Origin: an uncultured bacterium
GTDB taxonomy: Bacteria; Krumholzibacteriota; Krumholzibacteriia; LZORAL124-64-63
Direction of reading: 5' to 3'
Length of the DNA: 64,000 nt
NCBI GenBank assembly: GCA_963732385.1
Contig: CAVSZB010000005.1
Location: 64,001-128,000, forward strand
Numbering within the stretch: the stretch's first letter is position 1; each line of letters opens with the position of its first letter. Positions 1 through 8,917 of the stretch are shown one piece after another. The translations under genes and the position numbers were made by a program. The notes beneath the pieces are model-generated. The model made no database searches. It had not been told where the DNA came from and saw only the letters and a list, made by a program, of their open reading frames with translations.

Positions 1-980
1 AGCCGATCGTGACCGGCACCTTCCGGACCGACGGCTTCGCGCCGATGCGCGACCTGCTCGTGGCGGCGCGGGGCGGCGCGTCCGCGCTGGCCGAGCGTCC
101 GCTGGCCATCTTCGACTGCTGCCCGAGCCCGCCTCTGGCCTGGAGCGATCTCACCTGCCAGGCGCTGCTCGACTGCGCGCGCGCGGGGATCCCGGCCAAC
201 CTGATCTCGATGCCGCTGGCCGGCGCCACCGCGCCGGTGACGCTGCGCGAGTCGGTGGTGCAGCATGCGGCCGAGAGCCTCTCGGGGATCGTCCTCCACC
301 AGCTGGCGGCGCCCGGCGCGCCGATCTCGTGGGGCGGCGCACCGGCGGCGTTCGACATGCGCCACGGGACGACCCCCATGGGGTCGATGGAGACGATGCT
401 CCTGAACCTCGCCAACGCCCAGGTCGGCAAGCACCTCGGCCTGCCGGTCCACGGGTACCTCGCCCTCTCCGACGCCAAGACTCCCGACTACCAGGCCGGC
501 ATGGAGACCGGCATGGGAGCGGTGCTGGCCGCGCTGGCCGGAATCAACCTCGTCTCGGGACCGGGAATCCTCGACTACATCCTCACCCAGTCGCCCGAGA
601 AGCTCGTGCTCGACCATGAGGCCTGCGGGATGGCGCTGCGGCTGGTGCGCGGCGTGGCGACGAACCCGGTCGACATGCTCGCCCTCTTCGCCGACCTGGT
701 GCGGACCGGAGAGTTCCTCTCGCATCCGCACACGCGGGCCAACTGGAAGTCGGAACTGACCGTGCCCTCGGCCGTGATCGACCGCGACACCTGGGCCGAC
801 TGGGAAGCGAAAGGGACCCTCGACGCGGCCGCGCGGGCGCGGGCGGAAGTGGCGCGCCGACTCGCGCAAGCGCCGGACTCTGCCGCGCCGGATCCGCTCG
901 CGGCAGAGCTCGACCGCATCATGCTGGCGGAGCTCTCCCGCCATGGGATGACGCGGTTGCCGGGGATGGGGCGGGGTTAG
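1..980 (+). CDS. Trimethylamine methyltransferase MttB-family protein, non-pyrrolysine type (5' truncated by window edge)
   Basis: Frame is open from the window start. Motifs PLAGATAPVTL, FDMRHGT and GLP...SDAKTPDYQAGME are typical of the MttB/MtgB family. Confidence 0.85.
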   Translation, partial: PIVTGTFRTDGFAPMRDLLVAARGGASALAERPLAIFDCCPSPPLAWSDLTCQALLDCARAGIPANLISMPLAGATAPVTLRESVVQHAAESLSGIVLHQLAAPGAPISWGGAPAAFDMRHGTTPMGSMETMLLNLANAQVGKHLGLPVHGYLALSDAKTPDYQAGMETGMGAVLAALAGINLVSGPGILDYILTQSPEKLVLDHEACGMALRLVRGVATNPVDMLALFADLVRTGEFLSHPHTRANWKSELTVPSAVIDRDTWADWEAKGTLDAAARARAEVARRLAQAPDSAAPDPLAAELDRIMLAELSRHGMTRLPGMGRG

Positions 981-1080
981 CGCGGCGGCGGACGATCGCG
1001 GCAAGGCAGGACGACATCCACTACGTTCGCGGCGGCCGCGCCGGCGGCGGCGGGCGTCAAGACCCCGTGAGCGGAGCGCC

Positions 1081-1674
1081 ATGGCCGGCCTGAAACCTCG
1101 CTTCTTCCCCACCCCCGCCGCCTTCCGGGCGTGGCTCGAATCGCATCACGCCTCGACCGGCGAGCTGCTGGTCGGCTTCTACAAGAAGGGCTCGGGCAAG
1201 CCGAGCATCACCTGGCCGGAGTCGGTCGACGAGGCGCTCTGCTTCGGGTGGATCGACGGGATCCGGCGGAGCATCGACGAGGTCAGCTACTCGATCCGGT
1301 TCACGCCGCGCAGGACCGGGAGCATCTGGAGCAGCGTCAACATCGCGCGGGCCGAGGCGCTCATCGCGCAGGGGCGGATGCGGGCGACGGGGCTGGCAGC
1401 CTATGCCGTCAGGAAAGAGAACCGGTCGGGCGTCTACTCCTACGATCAGCGCGGCGTGGAGCTGCCTCCCCCCTACGATCGGCTCCTGAAGCGGGACCGG
1501 GCGGCGTGGGAGTTCTTCCGGGCGCAGCCGGCCTCGTATCGCAAGGCGGTCTGCTGGTGGGTGGTCAGCGCGAAACGGGAAGAGACGCGGTTGAAGCGGC
1601 TGGAGAAGCTCGCCGAGCATGCGGCCCGGGGGGAGCGGCTGCCGGCGATGGCGCCGCGAAAACCTGCTCGCTAG
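1081..1674 (+). CDS. YdeI/OmpD-associated family protein
   Basis: FRAWLESHH, ITWPESVDEALCFGWIDG, FTPRR.GS.WS, SAKREETRLKRL; GGAG upstream. Confidence 0.85.
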   Translation: MAGLKPRFFPTPAAFRAWLESHHASTGELLVGFYKKGSGKPSITWPESVDEALCFGWIDGIRRSIDEVSYSIRFTPRRTGSIWSSVNIARAEALIAQGRMRATGLAAYAVRKENRSGVYSYDQRGVELPPPYDRLLKRDRAAWEFFRAQPASYRKAVCWWVVSAKREETRLKRLEKLAEHAARGERLPAMAPRKPAR

Positions 1675-1744
1675 CCGGTGGCCCGCCCGCGACTCGCCCG
1701 TGGGCACCCGAGAGGACCACGCCCAGAAAGACAGGAGGGGAAAG

Positions 1745-2173
1745 ATGAGTTTCGCTCGCGAGGCGACGCTGTCGATCCTGGCCGGGGCGGCGGCCGGGGC
1801 TTGCGTTCTGGGGCTGGTCGGGCGGGCCGCCATGGCGGCCGTGGCGCTCGTCACCGGGAACGCTCTCAATCCGAGCCTGCGGGGCCTGCTCGAGGTGGCC
1901 GCCGCCGGGACGTTGCTGGGCATCCTTGGCGGACTGCTGCTTCTGGCCTGCAGAAGGATGCGGCGCATCAGGGACCTGGCGCCTGGCCGGATCGTCGGCG
2001 TCACATTGTTCCTGTGCTCGGTGCTTGCTTTCGGGGCGAAGGGCCGCATCGATTTCGGCTCGCCGGTCTCACTGCTGACGCTCGCCGTGGCGGCCATGAT
2101 CTTCCTGGCCTACGGAATCGCCGCCGACAGCCTGCTGACCCGCTTCGCGGGCGGGGCCGGCGAAAAACGCTGA
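1745..2173 (+). CDS. Hypothetical membrane protein (about 4 TM segments)
   Basis: ATG 1745 follows AGGAGG; four hydrophobic stretches. Confidence 0.6.
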   Translation: MSFAREATLSILAGAAAGACVLGLVGRAAMAAVALVTGNALNPSLRGLLEVAAAGTLLGILGGLLLLACRRMRRIRDLAPGRIVGVTLFLCSVLAFGAKGRIDFGSPVSLLTLAVAAMIFLAYGIAADSLLTRFAGGAGEKR

Positions 2174-2217
2174 CCAGCACAATCCAACGGCGGCGCCTGG
2201 ACCGTTCCGTCCTGCGC

Positions 2218-2246
2218 TTGATCCTTGGCGTGTCCGGCGTTAGGAT
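2218..2246 (+). promoter_or_regulatory. Putative sigma70-type promoter of the PAAR/effector operon
   Basis: TTGATC-N17-TAGGAT about 85 nt upstream of the PAAR ATG. Confidence 0.5.
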
Positions 2247-2329
2247 GCCCGCTCCGTTCGGGGTGTGCCCCACCGCCCGTCGACGGCCGGCGCAACACGT
2301 TGACCGCCCTATCTGAAAAGGACCTCCCC

Positions 2330-2650
2330 ATGCCACCCATGGGCCGTTTAGGCGACAAGTCGCAGGCTCCGGTCGATGTGCACGGGTGCCCGGCCTGTCC
2401 GCATCCGGTGATCGGGCCGGCCATCGTCGGGTCGCCGAACGTCATGGTGAACGGGATGCCGGCGCTGCGGGTCGGGGACAAGGGGATCCATGCCGTCTGC
2501 TGCGGGCCGAACACCTGGACCGCGACCGCCGGCAGCGCCACGGTCATGATCAACAACCTGCCGGCGCATCGGATGGGTGACCAGGACCAGCATTGCGGCG
2601 GGCCCGGGACCCTCATCGAGGGCAGTCCGGACGTGATCGTCGGGGGCTGA
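2330..2650 (+). CDS. PAAR domain spike-tip protein
   Basis: Repeats PMGRLGD, PALRVGD, PAHRMGD; His/Cys metal ligands (HGCPACPH, HAVCC, HCGG); ends GSPDVIVGG; AAGGA upstream. Confidence 0.9.
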   Translation: MPPMGRLGDKSQAPVDVHGCPACPHPVIGPAIVGSPNVMVNGMPALRVGDKGIHAVCCGPNTWTATAGSATVMINNLPAHRMGDQDQHCGGPGTLIEGSPDVIVGG

Positions 2651-2662
2651 GACGGGGGGGCC

Positions 2663-3493
2663 ATGCCGGCACCGAATGCGCAGATGTTTTCCCAGCTCAC
2701 CCGCACGAATTTCAGCGCGAAGGGCATTCTGATTCCGCTGGACTGGGCGCCGCCGGGCGAGCAGTTCCCCGACGCGTTCGCGCCGGCGGAGCGGCAGGTC
2801 GCGCCAGGGTCGCCCACCGAGCTGTTCCATGCGGCCACCCTCAACAAATACCATGTCGATGCCGCCAGCGGCATGAGCGACAGGCTCGGCACCTACATCG
2901 ACGGGGTCTGCGGGGCGATCTGCGGGGCGATCGGCAACTGGATGCAGACCGCGATGGTCGCCGGGGCGCTCATCAACGGGCCGGTCGGGACGCTGCTGCC
3001 GGGCGGGGTCGTGGGGCCGCCTCTGCTGCCGCTCATTTTGGGGCAGGCGCCCAGGACGACGCCGCTCGAGACGCAGTACTCGCTGGCGATCGCCAACGCG
3101 TTCAGTTCGGCCTGGCAGGCGTGGCAGACGGGGCTGACCGGGATGCTGAGCTATCCGGCATTCGCGGCGGTGCCGTCGCCGGTGGCGCCGCCGATGCCCA
3201 ACGTGCCGATGCCGCTGGTGACCTTCCCGTCGGCCGGCGAGGCGATGCTCTCCCCCGCCACGCTGCAGGCCTCGATGGTCGGGATGCTGGGCAATCCGAC
3301 GGCGCAGCACGCGCCCGAGCTGTTCGACGCGCTGGCGCAGGCGTTCGGCATGGTGTTCCAGATGTTCAAGTCGACGACCATCGTGCAGAATGTGCTCGGC
3401 ACCGGGCCGGTGCCGACGTTCGCGCCGCCGTTCGTGCCGGTGGGTCCGGTGCTGGCCGGCACCGTCATCCCCACGCCCGGGGTGTTCGTGTGA
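2663..3493 (+). CDS. Hypothetical Pro/Gly/Ala-rich T6SS-associated protein
   Basis: 276-aa ORF with strong GC3 bias, tightly packed between PAAR and DUF2169; no recognised domain. Confidence 0.7.
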   Translation: MPAPNAQMFSQLTRTNFSAKGILIPLDWAPPGEQFPDAFAPAERQVAPGSPTELFHAATLNKYHVDAASGMSDRLGTYIDGVCGAICGAIGNWMQTAMVAGALINGPVGTLLPGGVVGPPLLPLILGQAPRTTPLETQYSLAIANAFSSAWQAWQTGLTGMLSYPAFAAVPSPVAPPMPNVPMPLVTFPSAGEAMLSPATLQASMVGMLGNPTAQHAPELFDALAQAFGMVFQMFKSTTIVQNVLGTGPVPTFAPPFVPVGPVLAGTVIPTPGVFV

Positions 3494-3518
3494 GCGACCG
3501 GCGGAGGGTCGCAGCGAC

Positions 3519-4643
3519 ATGAAGATCGTCAACGAGACGCCGTTCATCGCCGAGGCGCTGCCGTTTGTCTGGCCGGACGGACGGGCCGCGCTGACGATCA
3601 TCCTCAAGGGGACGTTCACGATCCGTCCGGATGAGCCGGCCGAGCCGGCGATCGAGCAGCTGCCGATCCTGTTCGCCGACGCGCCGCTCGACCCGGAGAA
3701 CCCGGCGCTGGGCGCCCGGTTCGAGGCCGACGTCGTCCCGTTCAAGCCGCGCGCCGACATCGTGCTGGTGGGCAAGGCGCACGCGCCGCCGCGCAAGCTG
3801 GCGCGGGCGCTCGACGCGGCGCTGCGCGTGGGCAAGGTGAAGAAGGTCGTGCGGGTGATCGGCGACCGCCACTGGACCTGCGGCGGACGCCTGCTGCCGG
3901 CCGCGTTCTCGGCGGCGGAGCCGTTCAAGAGCATGGACCTGGTCTACGCGCGCGCCTTCGGTGGCATCGACCAGAAGGGGGGCGGCTACTGCCGCTACAA
4001 CCCCATCGGCCGCGGCTACATGGCCAAGAAGAGCAAGAGCGCGGTCGACGGCACGCCGCTGCCGAACGTGGAAGACCCGCGCCACCTGATCAGGAAGTGG
4101 GACAGCCGTCCGCGCCCCGCCGGTTTCGGCTTCACCGGCCGCGGCTGGCTGCCCCGCCTGCGCTACCTCGGCACCTACGACGAACGGTGGCGCAAGGAGC
4201 GGGCGCCGGCGCCGCCGGAGGACTTCCGCTTCGAGGCGTACAACGGCGCGCATCCCGACCTGCAGGTGAAGGAATACCTGCGCGGCGACGAGGACGTGGA
4301 GCTGGTCCACCTCACGCCGGAGCCGCGCCTGCGCTTTTTGCTGCCGGCGGTGACGCCGGTCTGCGCGGTGCTGCGTCACGGCGCGGCGGTCGATCCGGTG
4401 CTCGCGCGAAAAGACGACGAGAAGGTCGACGAACCGCCGCCGCCCATCCCGCGCGACGGCGAAGAGCAGGTCGTCGACGAGCCGACGCCGGGCTCGTCGG
4501 CCGGCGAGCGGGTCGCGCTGAATCTCGACACGCTCGTGTTCGACCCCGAAGAGATGCGTTTCTATCAGGTCTGGCGGGGCGTCTTCCCGCTGGCCGACCC
4601 TGCGGCGCGCGAAGTGGCGGAGATCGGCGTCTGGCTGGCGTGA
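3519..4643 (+). CDS. DUF2169 family T6SS accessory/adaptor protein
   Basis: N.TPF, IILKGTF, DVVPFKPRADIVLVGKAHAP, YARAFGG, NPIGRG, PAGFG, GTYDERW, LDTLVFD...VWR; GGAGG upstream. Confidence 0.9.
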   Translation: MKIVNETPFIAEALPFVWPDGRAALTIILKGTFTIRPDEPAEPAIEQLPILFADAPLDPENPALGARFEADVVPFKPRADIVLVGKAHAPPRKLARALDAALRVGKVKKVVRVIGDRHWTCGGRLLPAAFSAAEPFKSMDLVYARAFGGIDQKGGGYCRYNPIGRGYMAKKSKSAVDGTPLPNVEDPRHLIRKWDSRPRPAGFGFTGRGWLPRLRYLGTYDERWRKERAPAPPEDFRFEAYNGAHPDLQVKEYLRGDEDVELVHLTPEPRLRFLLPAVTPVCAVLRHGAAVDPVLARKDDEKVDEPPPPIPRDGEEQVVDEPTPGSSAGERVALNLDTLVFDPEEMRFYQVWRGVFPLADPAAREVAEIGVWLA

Positions 4644-4692
4644 CGCGCCCGGCGTGCCGGCCGTCCGCCGTTTCGCGGCACGGAGTTGAGCG

Positions 4693-7600
4693 ATGGCGAA
4701 CGAGGTCCACCTCACCGGGCAGAACGTCCTCGACCCGCCCCCCCGGGACCGCTGGTTCGTCGACTACCTGCCGCTGTGCGGCGGCGACGAACTCACCTAC
4801 TACGTCGACGGCGAGAGCTATGCCACCGACCTGCACGCCGCCCTCACCGGGGCCGCGCAGGAGATCTGCCTGACCGGCCTGCACTTCAGCGGCCACTTCC
4901 ACCTCAAGCGGCCGGGCGGCTGCGATCCCCTGAAGCAGGACGATCCCGACACGCTGCAGGAGATCCTGGCGGCCCGCAGCAAGGCCGGCTGCGAGATCTA
5001 TCTGCTGGTGAACCAGTTCTGGCCGGACGAAGGGAAGCTCGCCGCCAACTACTGGCGCGCCTACCGGGATCTCGACAAGCTGCTCTGGAAGATGCCCAGC
5101 GCGATCCGCGGCACGATCATGGCCTCGGGCGGGATTCCCGACTACCTGGAGCGGACGTTCGCCTTCTTCAAGTACCTCAAAGACCACGGCAACGCGGCGA
5201 AGATCCACTGCTACACCGACATCCACCAGGGCTACATCTTCCACAGCAACCACCAGAAGACGATCATCGTCGACCGCAAAACCGCCTTCTGGGGCGGCAT
5301 CGACCTGACCGACATCGACGGCGACCGTTGGGACGCCGCCGCCCATACGCCGGGCAACAAGCTGCGCAACTTCGACAAGCCCGAGCGCAACTGGCACGAC
5401 CTGCAGATGCGGGCCGTCAAGCCGCAGGGCGCCAAAGTCAGCGCCGTCGACTACGTCTACGCCAACTTCCTGGCGCGCTACAACCACGGCTACCTCTACA
5501 CGCCGTGGCGCAACGGGCAGGGCGTGCTCGAGGCGAAGCAGGAGAGCGGCTTCCCCAGGCTGTCGCCGCCCGGCGGCAAGACCGCGCAAGACTACGTGCC
5601 GAAGAAGCATTGGTACTACCCGCGGCAGCGCGAGCGCTACCAGAAGCAGAACGTGCTGGCGTGGCCGCTCGTCCAGGTGGTCCGCTCCATGCCGGCGGGC
5701 GCCGGCGGCAACTACGCCCGCAACCAGCATCCGCTCTGGAACGAGCTGCGGGTCGCGGTGCAGCCCGACCCGGATTTCCCGCCGCAGTACGTCAACCCCG
5801 CGTTCGAGCACTCCGCGCGCGACGCCTACCTCAAGGGGATCGCCGCCGCCGAGAAGTTCATCTACCTCGAGAACCAGTGGGTGGCCGACGACAGGATCTG
5901 GGCCGCGCTGTTCGCCGCCGCCGAGAAGCATGGCGCCGAGGCCGACTTCCGGCTGCTCGTCGTCCTGCCCAAGAAGTTCCTGGCCGCGGCCGGCTTCGGC
6001 AGCGAGCAGACGATCGACCTCAACCCGTACGTGGAGAAGCTCGCCCGCATCTTCAAGGCCAAGGGGCGGCCGGAGAACTTCGGCCTGTTCAGCATTTTGC
6101 AGCCGGCGGCCCACCAGGACCCGGTGCGCGATCAGACGCAGGTGCCGGAGTGCGTCTGGGACTACATGTACGTGCACTCCAAGCTGCTGATCGTGGACGA
6201 CTGCTGGGCGCTGCTCGGCTCGGCCAACGCCGGCGGCATCTCGCTGACCGGCCTGGGCACGACGAGCGAGCCCGACACGGAGCTGTCGGCCATCGTGCTC
6301 GACGAACGGGACGACGGCTCGCTCGTCAAACAGCTGCGCAAGAAGCTCTGGGCCGAGCACCTCGGGGTGGCCGAAGGGAACGTGGCCGACTACAAGACCG
6401 GCGCCGACCTGTTCCACAAGCAGGCGAAGGAGCAGGCGTTCAACACGACGAGCGCCAGGCGCGCGCACTACAACCTGCTCTACTACCCCTCCTCCCCCAA
6501 GGCCGCCGCCGCGCCCAACCAGGGGGTGTGGCGCCACCTCAAGTGGGCGCAGATCCAGCACCAGGTGAAGGCGCGCGTGGCCGACCCCGACGCCATCCAC
6601 CAGACCTACTACAACCTGAGCGGCCCGCTCACGGCCGTGCACATGCTGCTCGAGCGCGATCCGTCGCGGTACGAGAAGCTGGTGGCCAATCTCTACAAGA
6701 CCGGCGTCGACAAGGCGTGCGACGTGCGCCTGCAAATGCCCAACCCCCACCTGCACGACGTGCCGGTCCTGGTGCGGCCGCAGGAGCTGGTCGAGTTCGC
6801 CGTCGAATCCGAGCACCCGATCCTCGAGGTCGACTGGATGGTCGGCGGCGCGCTCACCGACAGCGCCAACTGGGTGCTCGACTACCAGGGCTCCGTGTCC
6901 GAGACCACGGCCACGGTCTGCTCCAACGGCGACATGGTGCGGCACCTCAAGAAGACCATCCCCTGCCAGGGCGGCGTCACCCACCTGAGCTGCGAGAGCT
7001 ACGGCGAGCTGAAGGAGGCGCAGAAGGCGAGCCTGCTGCTGGGCACCGGCGCGCCGACGAAGCCGCACACGGTGTTCGGCGCGGTCAAGATCGGCACGGC
7101 GCTGCTGCTGCAGCGCGACGACGCGGCGGTCGAGCGCGACAAGGGCGTGGCCAACCGCGACCTGGGCGACCCGAAGTACTGGATCAGCCGCGTGACCGAC
7201 AACCCGTGGCTGCAGCTCAGGCGCGACCGCGCCTACCCGCTCTACCCCGGCGTGCTGACCCCGTACGACGTGAAGCACATCCTGGGCGACCGGATGTACG
7301 TGCGCCTGCTCCAGCCGCTCGAGTTCAAGTACGACGGCGACAAGATCACCCACGTGCGGATGAGCTTCTGGACCTGGGGCCACCGCTCCACGCTCGAGGT
7401 GCCGGCCGCGCTGTTCGCCAAGCAGGTCTACGGCTTCTTCATCGGCTACTACACCAACGGCGCGCGCGCGCGGGCCGAAGAGAAGTTCCGGCTGCGCGCC
7501 GACAGGGTGAAGCTCAAGGCCGGCTGGCAGCGCGACTACGTGCACGACGACTGCGACGGCAGCAAGCTGACCGTGACCTGCGTCAGCGGCTCGCTGCGGG

Positions 7601-7782
7601 TGGAGCTGGCGCGGGCCGTCTGGTCGACGTGGGAGGTCGTGCGGACCGTCACCGTCGGCGCGGGGCAGTCGGTCCCGCTGGAGATCGGCGAGGCCTCGAA
7701 GGTCAACGACCAGGACGACCGGGCCAGGATCACGGCCCTGGCGGATGCGGAATACTCGCTCGACATGAAGAGCTGGACCTAG
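4693..7782 (+). CDS. Phospholipase D superfamily protein with long C-terminal extension; candidate T6SS effector (Tle5/PldA-like)
   Basis: Two HKD motifs (HQKTIIVD...GGIDL and HSKLLIVDD...GSAN) plus FIYLENQ; no signal peptide; lies in the T6SS operon. Confidence 0.85.
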   Translation: MANEVHLTGQNVLDPPPRDRWFVDYLPLCGGDELTYYVDGESYATDLHAALTGAAQEICLTGLHFSGHFHLKRPGGCDPLKQDDPDTLQEILAARSKAGCEIYLLVNQFWPDEGKLAANYWRAYRDLDKLLWKMPSAIRGTIMASGGIPDYLERTFAFFKYLKDHGNAAKIHCYTDIHQGYIFHSNHQKTIIVDRKTAFWGGIDLTDIDGDRWDAAAHTPGNKLRNFDKPERNWHDLQMRAVKPQGAKVSAVDYVYANFLARYNHGYLYTPWRNGQGVLEAKQESGFPRLSPPGGKTAQDYVPKKHWYYPRQRERYQKQNVLAWPLVQVVRSMPAGAGGNYARNQHPLWNELRVAVQPDPDFPPQYVNPAFEHSARDAYLKGIAAAEKFIYLENQWVADDRIWAALFAAAEKHGAEADFRLLVVLPKKFLAAAGFGSEQTIDLNPYVEKLARIFKAKGRPENFGLFSILQPAAHQDPVRDQTQVPECVWDYMYVHSKLLIVDDCWALLGSANAGGISLTGLGTTSEPDTELSAIVLDERDDGSLVKQLRKKLWAEHLGVAEGNVADYKTGADLFHKQAKEQAFNTTSARRAHYNLLYYPSSPKAAAAPNQGVWRHLKWAQIQHQVKARVADPDAIHQTYYNLSGPLTAVHMLLERDPSRYEKLVANLYKTGVDKACDVRLQMPNPHLHDVPVLVRPQELVEFAVESEHPILEVDWMVGGALTDSANWVLDYQGSVSETTATVCSNGDMVRHLKKTIPCQGGVTHLSCESYGELKEAQKASLLLGTGAPTKPHTVFGAVKIGTALLLQRDDAAVERDKGVANRDLGDPKYWISRVTDNPWLQLRRDRAYPLYPGVLTPYDVKHILGDRMYVRLLQPLEFKYDGDKITHVRMSFWTWGHRSTLEVPAALFAKQVYGFFIGYYTNGARARAEEKFRLRADRVKLKAGWQRDYVHDDCDGSKLTVTCVSGSLRVELARAVWSTWEVVRTVTVGAGQSVPLEIGEASKVNDQDDRARITALADAEYSLDMKSWT

Positions 7783-7792
7783 GCGGCGGACA

Positions 7793-8404
7793 ATGGCACG
7801 CATCGAAATCGATCAGGGCGACTGCATCTCCAGTCTCGCGGCACGGCACGGGGTGCCGTGGGAGGCCATCTGGGACCATCCGGACAACGCCGACCTCAAG
7901 TCGCGGCGCGGGGATCCCAACGCCCTGCTGCCGGGCGACGTCGTGATCGTGCCCGATCCGCAGCTGAAGCAGGAATCGGGCGGCTCCGACACCCGGCATC
8001 GCTTCCGGCGCAAGGGGGCCGCTCCGCTGCTGCGGGTGCGCCTGCTCAAGGGGGGCGAGGCGTGGGCGAACGAGAAGTTCCGCGCCGTGATCGACGGGGC
8101 CTGGCAGGAGGGGACGACCGGCCCGGACGGGATGGCCGAGCTCAAGGTGCCGCCGGCCGCGCAAGGCGGCGCCATCCACATCGGCCCGGCCGACCGGCAG
8201 GACATCTACCACTTCCGGCTCGGGCACCTCGACCCGCTCGACACCGACTCGGGCGTCCGCCAGCGGCTGGCCTGCCTCGGCTACGCCGTGGGCGAGGAAG
8301 CGGCCGGCGCGATCCGGGCCTTCCAGGCGGCCGAGGGGCTGACCGAGTCGGGCCAGGCCGACGGCGCCATGCAGGCCAGACTCAAGGAGCGTTACGGGCG
8401 ATGA
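7793..8404 (+). CDS. LysM-like + beta-sandwich + peptidoglycan-binding domain protein (paralog 1)
   Basis: QGDCISSLAARHG...IWDHPDN...LLPGDVVIVPD; C-terminal GVRQRLACLGY...AIRAFQAAEGLTESG. Confidence 0.8.
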   Translation: MARIEIDQGDCISSLAARHGVPWEAIWDHPDNADLKSRRGDPNALLPGDVVIVPDPQLKQESGGSDTRHRFRRKGAAPLLRVRLLKGGEAWANEKFRAVIDGAWQEGTTGPDGMAELKVPPAAQGGAIHIGPADRQDIYHFRLGHLDPLDTDSGVRQRLACLGYAVGEEAAGAIRAFQAAEGLTESGQADGAMQARLKERYGR

Positions 8405-8913
8405 ACGACCTGCCGCTCGGCAAGACGGTGCCGAAAGGGAAGGCGCACGGCGCGCTCGACGCACCGGTGATCGAAGTGTTCTTCCAGAAGTCGCCGGGCC
8501 GGGGCCTGGCACCCGACCAGGGCATCGCCGACCTTGAATACGAGGTCCGCATCGGCGGCAAGACAACGCAGACCGGCAAGACCGGCAAGGACGGGCTGAT
8601 CAAGGTGACGGCCACGGGCCCGGAGATCACGCTCGACCTGCGCGCGGGGGGCAGGACCGTCGCGAGCTACAAGCTGACCTGGACCGACGACCCGCTGGAG
8701 GCGGCCGCCACCCTGGAGGGACGGCAGCGGCGCCTGCGGCTGCTCGGCTACCAGATCGGGCACGCCGGAGCCGACGGGAGCGGCGTGGACGGCGTCACCG
8801 GCGGGGCGACCGAGCGCTCGATCCTCGATTTCCAGGTCGACCACGGGCTCGCCGCGGACGCGGCCGTCGGGAACAACACGCAGAAGCGCCTGGTGAAGGA
8901 AGCGGGGGCCTGA
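8401..8913 (+). CDS. Beta-sandwich + peptidoglycan-binding domain protein lacking LysM (paralog 2)
   Basis: ATGA overlap with the previous stop; GKTGKDGLIKV; GRQRRLRLLGY...VDGVTG..TERSILDFQVDHGL. Confidence 0.75.
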   Translation: MNDLPLGKTVPKGKAHGALDAPVIEVFFQKSPGRGLAPDQGIADLEYEVRIGGKTTQTGKTGKDGLIKVTATGPEITLDLRAGGRTVASYKLTWTDDPLEAAATLEGRQRRLRLLGYQIGHAGADGSGVDGVTGGATERSILDFQVDHGLAADAAVGNNTQKRLVKEAGA

Positions 8914-8917
8914 AGCG

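Noticed and set aside
459..480. Pyrrolysine recoding in MttB
   Set aside because: No in-frame TAG; the position encodes Leu.
4312..7803. 1163-aa antisense ORF over the PLD gene
   Set aside because: Mirror-frame artefact of high GC3; no motifs, while the plus strand has clear HKD motifs.
4686..7946. 1086-aa same-strand alternative-frame ORF
   Set aside because: Arg/Pro/Ala-rich off-frame product expected in GC-rich DNA.
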